Positions 50,843 to 64,000 of a stretch of DNA of 64,000 bases are shown here, in pieces. The notes under the pieces were generated by a model. That model did no database searches. It worked only from the letters and a program-made list of their open reading frames with translations, and had not been told where the DNA came from. The stretch spans positions 3,410,001-3,474,000 of the forward strand of contig JAYWIR010000001.1 of assembly GCA_036172245.1 (NCBI GenBank), in the 5' to 3' direction. Source of the DNA: Raillietiella orientalis. Taxonomy: Eukaryota. Both the position numbers and the translations under genes were made by a program. Each line of letters begins with the position of its first letter. Within the stretch, counting starts at the first letter, position 1.

Positions 50843-53399
50843 CTAGTGGGACACGTTGTTGGCCCTTTGAGTGCTTTTGTAGCACTTTTAATTTTTCTTT
50901 TAAGTCTTTAAGTGAACTTTCTACCACTTGCTACCTTCTTTTAAGTTATACCACCTGCTGAAATGAAAAGGCTACGTGTTTAAATGACAGGAGTAAATAT
51001 GTAGGTCGCATAGGTTACCCCATGTGACGTCTGACTTTTTTCCGCGATGGAATATTTTCGCTTTTTATTTGCTTCCTGCTGGTGTTTTTAGTGGTACTGA
51101 TGACGTCATAAGGAGACTGTATGAAGCGTGCGATTTACACGCTAGAATCTGCATAGCAGAAATCTTAGTGGCCTCTCGTTTCCTGCCCTTTGATTCGGGC
51201 CATACTTTTGATTGCAGTGGAAGCGAAGAGCTGTCAGGACCAATTTTCTTTGTGCAAAGCCGTACTCCGGGAAGAAAGTCGTAAGAAAACCATGCTCGCA
51301 TTTGGGAGCTGAAGAGCTGCGAGATGAAGGGAGTCCTCTGCGTTTGATTGATGTTGGAACGTTTTTTTTTTTTCTGGGTTTCCGGCTGTCCATTCGATCG
51401 CTAATTCGCAGGCCGCAAGCTAGCGTGAGGGCAGCTACCCGTTTCAAGAAGAGCAAAATGAAGGTGAAGCCTCTGACCATGATCGAAACGAAAACATCTG
51501 CAGGATGAATAATTTAATTTTATGTGAGCGTTTGAATCGAATTCCTCGACCGCACTTATCTGCTGCTGATCCTGAATCGGAAATCGCATGATTTCGCAGA
51601 AATTTGGCCACCTTCCCAATAAGGTTGTGTTACGAATGCATTTTTCTGCAGAGAAGAAGGAAGGAATCGAGCCTTTCGCTGTCCCTTTCGGGATAGATTG
51701 CTGCAGTGCGTTTCAAGAGGAGAGATCCGTCTCTTTTATCCCCTTTGTTCGCGGGAAAAAGGCACCAACAAGACGTAAGCCGTGCAAGGACGCAGAGCTC
51801 GCCTGCGGGCACGCCTCCTTTCGTGCCAAGAACGTCCGTGGTGTCACGCGTTATTTCTTGAACGCTCAGAAGGGATTCTGAAGCTCGATGGCACATTGAA
51901 TGCAATCTCAGGACGTGGCACACCAGCGGTCAGTTAAATGCTTCAGGAGATACGTTGGCTCGCTCTGATTGTTAAGTGCGGATCGGATCTCATCCACCGT
52001 TGGATCTTCAGAGTAGGAGAACAAGAAAAAAGGGGGAAAGAAGAACAGAAGCAGAATGACTTATTTTCTCGAGTCGCAGCTGCCACAGCTAACTACCTCT
52101 TCTTCCGTTCGTCGGATGCGAAAAAACGGCACTGTTTTCTCAAGGCATTCCTTTAAGGATTCTTTACAGCCAACTTGTGCTTCTCGGAATGGAAGCTACT
52201 TGATGAAAATCATCTGGCGGAAGATCCTTGGCTTACAAGGAATTTTCGGATTTTCCTGGTGCGCCCGTTGCATTGAAGCGAAGAGTGGTCTTTGCTGAAT
52301 CGAAATTCCACTTGCATACTCAGCCCGTATTGGCTGGCAGTTGCAGTGCGGTCAGAAGGCCGACTGCAAGTGCCACAGCTTAGCCACGTGGAATACCCAC
52401 AAGATTTGCCGATGCACTGGACGGTTTCGCGTCACATCGGCAGGTGAAGAATTCGTCTAAATTGGATGAACCGTTCTTTTGCAAGTCACCAACAGTCACC
52501 AATCAACTGCTGCCGCTCCCTTCTGCGATGCCTGGTGATGCTGCAATGATCGCCACAGTAGCACAGCGAGAAGCGAAGGGGATCTTTTCGCGGAAGCCCA
52601 ACGTCCTGATATCCAAACGTCGCCCCGAACTCATCAATGATGTGACTGGAACAGAACACAAAAGCCCTCAAGGACTTAAATTGAAGCGCTCTCGGCGACA
52701 CACAAATGGGATGTCGAATGCTGCATTGTCTTGTTAACCAATGCGCTGTATCTTAAATGTCTTTTCCGGTTGCTAAAGCACTTGTTCCTAGAAATGCAAC
52801 CACCCCGGAGAGAAGGATGTGACTCTAGCATGAATCCCCGTAAAGGCGAATCCTGTGCGAACCCACGGCTCAATGTGGTCGCATCTGTTTCAGTTGCACA
52901 CGGACGACGAAGCGTTTTTGATGTTTTCCCGTATGTCGTCGTTCGGGATGTGAGACTGAGCTTCTTGCACGTGAGAAGGCGGCCGACACCGTGTGGGGTG
53001 CGTTACTTTGCCTCGTGCCTATGCGCAGTCCTTCTTGGACAAGGAAGACTCGAGGTGGACTTCACTGAAATGGAATCCATTTCTAGTATCCAACGTCCGC
53101 AAGCGTCATTGAGGTTTGGGTGCTCATCTTACTTGACTAGTACCAGTTGATCCCCAGCCTGTACAGATAATGCTTTACATACTCCCGTGAAATATAACAA
53201 GAGAACTATCTGAAGCCCATCAAGGCATGTATTTATGATTGCTTGCTTTGATTGGTGAGCGCGAATCTCAACGAACCGTTTTCAGGTTCACAAACCAAAC
53301 GGTAGCAAATCCTTGCAAATCACGTAACCGGCGCAGCTCTTTTCCGATTCCGCACACGCTCGTGATGCTGAGGGACCGAACTTGTCAGCGCATGCTCAG

Positions 53400-53750
53400 T
53401 CTCTCATTTGTCTGCAATCTTCGAAACGAAGAGTGAAGGTGCTTGCAGTAACGTTTCGATCAGCTTGATGCTTGATCAGCTTCGCGATCGTGAGTTCCTC
53501 GCCCCCTTTTCAATCTGGAGACCTCGCAGGTTTCACAGGTCTTGCACAGCTTCAGCGACGCTCTCGCCCATTTCCACACTCGGGAATGCTCCACCCACCT
53601 TCACTGATTTCACTGCCTTCGTTTTACCTGCACGGAACATTGCACCGATTCGATTCGTGCGATTCCACCCCCCATATTTCGACAACTGATCGTCCCCAAA
53701 CCCCAGCATACCTTGGTGGATTGCCAGCCATTCCCTTGGCTGCATCATCC
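53400..53750 (-). mobile_element. Possible CR1/L2-like RT C-terminal remnant
   Basis: Minus-strand W..N..AMFRAGKTKAV...MGESVAEAVQDL*NL resembles W..N.M.FN..KTK...E.V...KDLG. Confidence 0.3.
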
Positions 53751-54384
53751 CTAACACCTGTCTACTCACATGCATGCACGGATGCATTCACAGGATTTCT
53801 TCGAAACCCACTATGCAGATCAAAACTAACTTTAAGGAAAACGCTGGGATGAGCACAAATATGCATGAGGGGTTCGCCCTTCCGTTCAGGCCTCGGCATT
53901 TCCATGTTTGCTATCTGCACGCGTGTTCTATCCTTGCACACTGTAGATTCGTGCATTTTTGTGCTTCCGGAAGGTTTCACGATCCAGAAATTTTTATGGA
54001 ACTCTCGCGTCCGAGAGCTGCCAGGGCATTCTGCTTGACCGAGGACTCCTGATCAGTCGTCATGTCGAAACCACAATCTAAAGAGATCATTCCGCACCAC
54101 AGAAGAAAAACAGGAAGAAACACGTGCGGAGAGCCCAAATGGCCGCTAGCGCCCTGGTCGGAAGGCTTCAGCGGGGGCGAAACCAACACCACAGCGACCC
54201 CAGAATAACATAAAGGGGGGATCCTCCAGGTTTGCTTCAGTGTGTGAACTTGTCTGAGCTTCATGAATTTCCGTTTCAATGGATCCAATCACCAAATGTA
54301 CCACAGCATCTTCCGTCTCGATGAGTTGAACTGCAGAACCCCGGCAAAAACAAAAAAGGGATCCACAAAAGGTGCTCTCTGAAG

Positions 54385-54712
54385 CACAGTGGGGCGCGCG
54401 TACAACGTGCGGTTACGTTCCGTGTTATACGAGCTCTATGGATAATGTGATAGTACGTATAAGATAAAAAAAAAACACATCTTCGACATCATGGTAACAG
54501 AATGCATCTATTTCAAACAGAAACGGAAGAAAATAAAAATAAAAGTGTTCCTTTGTTATTCACCCTGAATTGCGAGAAGAGGAAAAAATCGAAATTCATC
54601 CGCAGCGTCGGACGGAGCTGATGTACCGCCCTGCACACGAGGACCGCTGCCATTTTTTTTTTTTTTTTTCGTACACGCTGTACGAATCCGCGTTATACGG
54701 GGGCTTACCGTG
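54385..54712. mobile_element. Possible pogo/Tigger-type MITE with degenerate terminal inverted repeats
   Basis: Left end is cacagtggggcgcgcgtacaacgtgcggtt; the reverse complement of the right end is cacggtaagcccccgtataacgcggatt. CAGT/CGGT termini; the TA target site would have mutated to CA/TG. Confidence 0.4.
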
Positions 54713-57700
54713 CAAAAAAAAAAAAAAAAATTGCAGGAATGACTTTGCAAGATATCTAAAATCGTTTTTTTCATCTTTATTTACCCATTCTGCTTACAAG
54801 CGATCAAAAAGTGCTTCACAGCGCTTTCACTGCTGCTGTGAAAGACGACACGTGAGCCCGATTTTCCGCCGGCGAAACGGACCCCCTCGGTCGCCAAGGA
54901 TACGCGCTGACGGGGCTGTCGGTTCCGCAAAAAACGCTCCAATTCCGCAGGGATGGGAGTTCCGCAGCACCGCACGGAAAAACGAGATGGGGCAGTGACT
55001 CTCTGATTCGCTGCCCAGCACGGATCGCGGAAGCTGCATCTCAGCAGCCGAGCATCACACCGAGAGAGAGGGAGAGAGAGCTTTGTGAGGTTGGACGCGG
55101 AGAGATGCAAGCGTCCAGTCATGCAAAATTTCAGCTTTCCTTCCGGAAAGAAATGGACCAGTACTCGGCAGCAGCAGCAGCAGCAACAGAATCGGGGTTT
55201 AGCCAGCAGTTCCCGGCTCCTCGCAGAGCAGGAGGGAAACGGAACTGCTTCGCGGGGTTGGTGGTGAAGAAACGAAGGAATCGAAGCACGTCCTGTGACG
55301 GGCTGGAAAGTGAGTGAGGGGGAGAACAGCGGAGAAAGGCGCGCGGTCTGTGCGTGTTGGTGCTCCGGTAGCTTCAGCGAAATTCAGTAAATGTGTGCAG
55401 AGTGGTACCAAAACCGCCATGCTCAATGGTGAGGGCGTACACGAAACCGTGCGACCGATTGGTGTCACAAGATCCTGGTTACAAAAGTCATTCAAGAAGC
55501 TGGACCACTCACCGCCGCGAATCCGCAAACTGTTTCTTGACATTCTTCGCAGAGGAAGGGTGGGCCCACGGCAAGCACGCAGCGGCTGTCTTTGGCGTTT
55601 CCGATCACCTCGAGGGAAATCAACGCTAGCGGCAGGTGAACTCCGTCAAATAACGTATGCGAGATTGGCGTGTACGGCGCAGGAAGAAAGCTAGAAAGTA
55701 GCCAACGTTCCGGGTATATAAAAAAAAAAAAAAAAAAAGGAAAAAACGAAAAAAAAGCGGATGCGGGAGTGGTGACTCTTTCAGTATCCTTTCAAATGCT
55801 TCTGCCGAGCATCTTGCAGAACGAGTGAGCTCCAGCTGCCAACAGTGATCTCTCCCGCCTTTTGCTACCTGCGAGTTGGCTTTGGCGTGCCCCCTGAGCC
55901 CGTAACCATAACGCAGGACAGCATTCCTTGATGAAAGCCTGAAAGCTGACCATTTCGATTTTTCTGGATTCGCGGATCCTCAGTGGTGTCCCAAAGAAAG
56001 TTTTCTCCACCGAAGCTGCTTGGCCGTTTCGTCGGAAATTTTTGTGTACGCATCCAGGTACATCTCTTTTGCTCAGCTGAAAATCTTTCGCAGCGAGATA
56101 TGCTGAGAGGATACAAAGCGAAAAGTGATGCAGAAGAACGTCCTCACGTTCTTTGATAAAGTGTAGGTGATTTTTTACTACCGTACCGTAGTTGTATTAG
56201 AACCATCTTCAGAATGCATGTACTATAATCACTGAGCGACGACCATCTGTACACTAAACTTTGATTTGTCTGGAATCCACCTCTAGAAGTATTTTTAGAT
56301 GCCACGGAATCCTGGCGACCGGGCGCGTGAAACCCAGAACCACTTGGTATCTATGCAACGAATAAGTCCGACAGCATGCCTCTGCAAGGCACGTAAGAAC
56401 TTCCTATCAATGGCAACGTTTCGTCGTTAAGGGAGCAAGCAAAAGACCATCTACCTACTTTTTTTCCGGTAGAGGTAAACGCTTCTCTCTTTAAATCAGG
56501 ACTCTCCCGGTGGTTTCTCTTTACGATTTCACAATGCTTTAAGTTACTTGCCGTTAAGTCAAAGCACTGCTCATCTTCAGATGCTTTACTCTAATACCTC
56601 ACCGTTTCGGTGCATCAGATATTGAGGAATCTTCAAAATCCCATGCCGTCAGGCCAAAATAATAAAGCATTTTTAGAATTCATGGCAAACGATCGCGAGG
56701 TCGAAAAGGTCGCAGTAATTTTCCTGTCAGGATAACAGAATTTTTTCGGGAACTAGCGGGTTCAAGATCCCCGGTGGGCTAAGTACCAACTCGAGAACCG
56801 TGGACTCCGAGTCGATCGTTTTGAAGCACACGGCACGTTGTGAAGAGTCTTCCGAGAGCAGCGAAGGAACACAGAAGCGGCATTCCGCAGGAAATGCCAC
56901 ACCAGGGCAGCAAGAAAAACTTTTTGGCTGCAGCATCCTTTGCTGGAGTAGCAAACCCAGCTTTGGGTCCACAAAGGATCGTTAGTTGCATGAGGGACCA
57001 CTCCGAAGCACACATAACGCACATCTAAAGTGCGAAGTTTCACTTTAACGACTCTTCCAGAAACCCAGTATCCAGACTTCACATGTATATACACACCCCT
57101 GGGTTCGCACATGCTGGTGCTATAGCAACGGTGGGCCTTTGAAATTTTTCGCAGGTCTTTTTCAGACTCCAAACCATATCCTCGGAAATTCCAGGTTTCT
57201 TCAAAAAAAAAACAAAAAAAAACCCGGGAAACCTTCAACCAGAGGCTACGCCATCACAAACTCACGGCAGGATATCTGTCTGCCCCATAAGAACCCTCTG
57301 CCGCAATCAGACGGCGATCACAAGACATGAGCCAATCTTGATGAGCAGACACGTGAGATTTCTCGAACTGCCAAATAACCATACAGACTCCAAAACTGAT
57401 GGAACGAAGAAACAAATGAAAATCCAGTGAGAAGATCAACAAGGAAAGATCTGTGTTTACGACTCATTTCGTGTTGGGCTTGAGATGGGCATGCGTTTCG
57501 TCCTCGTGACGATGCTGCAGTGTTATTACTGGACCAACGCAAATGCTTCTTCCATTGTGCTCTGATGAGGCTACATGCGGACGTTGCTCACGCACGGCTT
57601 CTCTTGGGCCACATTGGAAAGTTGGTTTTACGTTTGGAAGAAAACTGACTACTTCCAAAGATTCACAACGAAGACACCTTACTTCGAATCTCTTCGGTGT

Positions 57701-58581
57701 GTCAGAGTGTGGACTGTTTCGAGTCCTCGTTTGAGAAACACGAATGAGAAGTGAAACCGAAAGTCCTCATCGTGGATTTTCATTACCAATTAAAAATTAC
57801 AACTGGATTGGAAAAAAAGGAATAATGAAGGAATTTATTTTTTGGAGGGAGTAGGAATAAAAAATGGCAAACGTCCAACCAAATCCACTCGATCACCTTA
57901 ACGTTAACGTCTCAATTATCTTCGTGTTATTTTTGTTTATTTATCGTTTTTCATTTGTATTATCTTTTGTTGCTTTCATCCCGTGCTTTGGATTTTTCTC
58001 GACCGAATGCCTGGAAGCCGACGTCAAGATATCTCCTGCGAAGGCCAAATCGCGAAGAGGAAGGGACGGTGCCAACGGTTCCTTACGGGAGCACCAAATC
58101 GCGCAAGGAAGCGCGAATGCTGCCCAGCAAAGGGTTCCGCCGTCACGGGAGACCGACGCTCTGGAGCGAATGTTTCCCGTCCGCGGAACACTGAAAGCGG
58201 GGAGGCTTCCGTGTGCCACGAGAGGTCCACAGGAGAGGCGACAACCACAGGGTCGGCGCTGCGCGGCCCTTCTTCCGCTTCCTCAGCCCGTGATCCGGTT
58301 TTGCATTTTCGCGCCTCGGAGCGACCTCTTTCTGCTGCACCACGGAATCAGCGTGCCGCCGGCTCGCGGGCTTGCCGGAGCGAGCGATGTACACATCGTG
58401 CCGACGTGTACGTGCAAGTTTTTCGAACGTGCCATGTACACTGGGCTCACGGCGAATCCCTCGGTGTCGAAAGCGTCGGACCCGATTCCCGGTCGGCACG
58501 GCCTCGTCCGACGCGGATCTTCAGCGGGTTCAAAACAAACCATCGAAGACGATGATAAAATGGAGATTTCGCCAGAGAAAA

Positions 58582-58625
58582 CGCGCGTGCGCGTGCGCAT
58601 GCGCATGCGCACGCGCGCGCGCGCG
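58582..58625. promoter_or_regulatory. Alternating purine-pyrimidine palindrome with two overlapping NRF1/EWG-type sites (TGCGCATGCGCA)
   Basis: Perfect 28-bp palindrome at 58589-58616; TGCGCATGCGCA at 58594-58605 and 58600-58611; ~3 kb upstream of the Regnase-1 ATG. Confidence 0.45.
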
Positions 58626-61604
58626 AGGAACATCCGATTTCCCCCCCCCCCCCTTGTTCCCCTCTTTTCTTTCGTTTTTTCTATTTTTTTTTTTTTCCCC
58701 TCGCTTTGTTTGCTTGCAAACACACAGACTTTCTTTGAAATTTTCCTATGCAGAGCCTGCTTGTTTCGTCGGCGAGCGATTTCCACGTCACTATGAAAAC
58801 GATGGCCAGGCATGATGGAAACGAACAGATTCTTCGAGAGGACAGGTTTACGAAATGGGGGGAAGGAAAAAAAAAAAAAAAAGGAGAGAGAGAGAGAGAG
58901 AAGAAAAAAACTTTCGTACACTTGCGTACTTGCAGAGAACACACCGCGCTGCGCAAGTCAGTCCTACATTACCAAATGACCTGCAGGCCAAGAGAGCGTC
59001 CAAGCCGGATGTATGTCGTGTGCAAAACTCGGAATCCTCTGTTCCGTGCTCTCCAGCGTACGAAAAACACGAATGTGTTGTGTATTATAAATCAAATGGA
59101 AGCGGATCTCTTCCTGATACTGGGACACGTTGTTCTCCACACGTATGCTCTTGCTTACAAGTGTTTTCGTTTAGGCATCGTACACGATTCAGCTAAGCAC
59201 GATAAAATGCACTGCGGAGGAAAGATAAACGTTTGATCAGTTCATCGTTGCAGAATCTCCCATTTTCACGATGCTTAATTGAATCGTTTTTTTTTGTTTA
59301 TTTTTTTCCGTTTGTTTTTCATGTGTTCATTCGCAGGTAAGCAAGTTGTGGTGGCTGGGCTGATTCTTTTGCGCGGAAGGGGTGCACAATTTTTCCAGTA
59401 CGCGTCCGTTTGCAATTCTGGGCTGGTGTGTGTGTGTATGTATGTACGTGTGTGTGTGTGTGGAATTCTGATACGGTGGCTGACATCTGCTTGTTTGTGG
59501 GAATTTTGCATTCGGGAAGACGACGACGGGATTCGTGAAATCTTTGTTTCTCTTTTTTTTTTTTTTTTTTCTGGCATGGCGGATCCAAAAGCCAACGCTA
59601 GATCCACGCCTCATGTGAATTTGGACTGTGTGTGAAACGTGTTTGTTTGTGTTTTTAATTTTATTTTAGGGGGAGGGGGGGGGGTTGAGCGTTATTTTCC
59701 TGGCAAGTTGCTTCCCATAGTGCGCATTATGTGATCAAATTGCGTAATTTTAATTTAATTTAATTTTTTTTTTCTTGCGGGTGGGGGGGGGGAGGCCCTG
59801 TTTTGCAGTACGCAAGCGCGGCCATAATCCATCATAATTTACGTTGATTTTATTAATCCACAGGCTGTTAAGCAGCTAGCCCTTTTATACATGTCTCCGA
59901 TTTATGAATGAAATTGTTTCGTAGATAAAAAAACAAAAAAACAAAAAAAAGTCGAAAACCGAAGTGCTCAAGACTTCTGTCCGGTGTTGGATGTTGAAAC
60001 GGCTAGGTGTGTACGCAAGGCTTCCTGATTCAAAAATTGACATATATATTTTTTTCTTTCCCATTGCATTTGAACTCTGTGCAGGATGGTTCCGATTCCC
60101 ACGTGACCTCGGGGTGAAAAATAAGGTTTCGTTTCAAATTATCCGGTTAGCAAAATTGGAATTTGGAATCGGCTCGAGCGCTCTTCCTTTGCCCTTCCCA
60201 GCCAGGTTTGCTGCAAAACTTGCAACCTGCAAGGAAATTACGTTGAGCAAAAAAAGAAAGAAAGAAAGACGGGAACTGGGTAGATCGGGACCCGGTGGAT
60301 TAACGAAAATGTTTTGGATGGTTTTTGTAAGTATCCCTCGAAATTCTGAGGCAGAATGGTCTGGCGGGAAGGAAGTAGCCGAAAGGGGTTAAGCGCCTGT
60401 ACAATTGCCACAACAGAATGAGGGTTGTGAAAGTAGGCAAATGTAACAAAAGTTTTTTGATGCAAGCCGTTCTCTTGCGAATTTTGCTTTCACCGAGAAA
60501 GAGTGTTTCTACACTGCTTGGTGGTGCGCACGTCCTTTTTCCGGCTGGGGCATCTGCGTGTGTGTGTCAGGAAGGTGGCGTTTCACGGAAGCAGGACGTG
60601 GTTCCAGATCCTAATGTATGAATTGCCATTGATTTCGGTTCGTGATTCTCTTTGATCCAAATGTCATTTCGAAGTCAGTATGCCCCCCTCCCCCTTGTTT
60701 TGTTTTGCTTTCTTGTCTTTTTTTTGAAAAAAAAAATTGTGATCCTTCACAATAATCTTAACGTAACCGGAACAGGTCTTCCTGACGGAAGTTTTGTGCA
60801 GTTTATCCAGCGAGCCATTCTGAAAGCCAGGTCACACACTTGCACCTTACGAATTTCATGTTCAGCAATAAGTTGGTATATTACGATGAATTTTGCCTTT
60901 GACAAGTTTTGTACCTTTCAGCGAGCGGGATGTTCAGCTATGCTTATCAGGTTCGGTTTGAAAAAAGGGGGAGGGGAAAAAAAGAAAGAAAAAAAGGGAG
61001 TAATGTTTCTTCTCATGTTTTGCTCGTAGTTTCGTAGTAGCTTCTTCTGTCCAAAGTTTGTTGTTTGTCTTCACCCTTTGGGAATCCCGGCTACATTTAT
61101 AAACGAGAAACACCGTCGGTGGTGGCAGCAACCAGGTTGCAAACTTGGAGATATCCGGCCTAGAAGGAATCCAAGATTCGCAAACTGCGATTGCGAAGCA
61201 AACATTAGAGTTCCGAGTGAGGATGCCGTTGTGAAAACTATGCGGACAAAGAAGTTTAGAGCTTTTTTCATTTTCATAACGCACGTGTGGTCATTCAGGA
61301 ATAAGCATAAGTAAATATGCCTTACCTCTTTTTTTAAAGGTGTGCATGAGAATTTCAAGTCAAAATTCGTAGTGACTAAGGTGCTTAAAATTTGTATCCG
61401 AAGATTTGCACTTTTTTTTTCTTCCTCTTGTCTCTTTGGCTGATGCATTTGGTTAACTTGTTTTTGCAAAATCGCGAAAACCTTTTTTTTTTTTTTTAGA
61501 AATAATTCAAAAGTTTATTTTTAGAGATAAAAAACAGTATGAAAATACAAATGTTATAGAAGATAAAGCTACCGGTTCGTCATCATGACATAGCTATCAT
61601 CTTC

Positions 61605-64000
<2,396 letters not shown>

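Noticed and set aside
40184-50846. Right arm as a Helitron-captured segment
   Set aside because: CTAG-T is present, but there is no clear subterminal GC hairpin, no A|TC 5' end at the inner border and no Rep/helicase remnant.

Overview
Eukaryotic (animal, probably arthropod-like) genomic DNA with spliceosomal GT-AG introns. The dominant structure is a giant inverted repeat. Its arms are 22980-33638 and 40184-50842 (10,659 bp each; position x pairs with 73822-x). I saw no indels and only two substitutions between them, and they flank a 6,545-bp spacer. Each arm holds a complete, very GC-rich 7-exon gene (all introns phase 0) for an ~848-aa long coiled-coil protein that I cannot assign to a family. 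The two copies are transcribed divergently, and each has an RFX X-box ~95 bp upstream of the ATG. The right end of the window holds the 5' part of an AT-rich Regnase-1/ZC3H12 gene (UBA-like NTD, PIN/NYN RNase, CCCH finger) with 42-61-nt introns. The rest is mostly decayed non-LTR retrotransposons (L1/Tx1-, RTE- and CR1/L2-like), a probable tRNA-derived SINE family, simple repeats and a sharp CpG desert inside the palindrome spacer. Most ORFs in the supplied track are GC-driven shadow frames. All calls were read by eye; no alignments or database searches were run.
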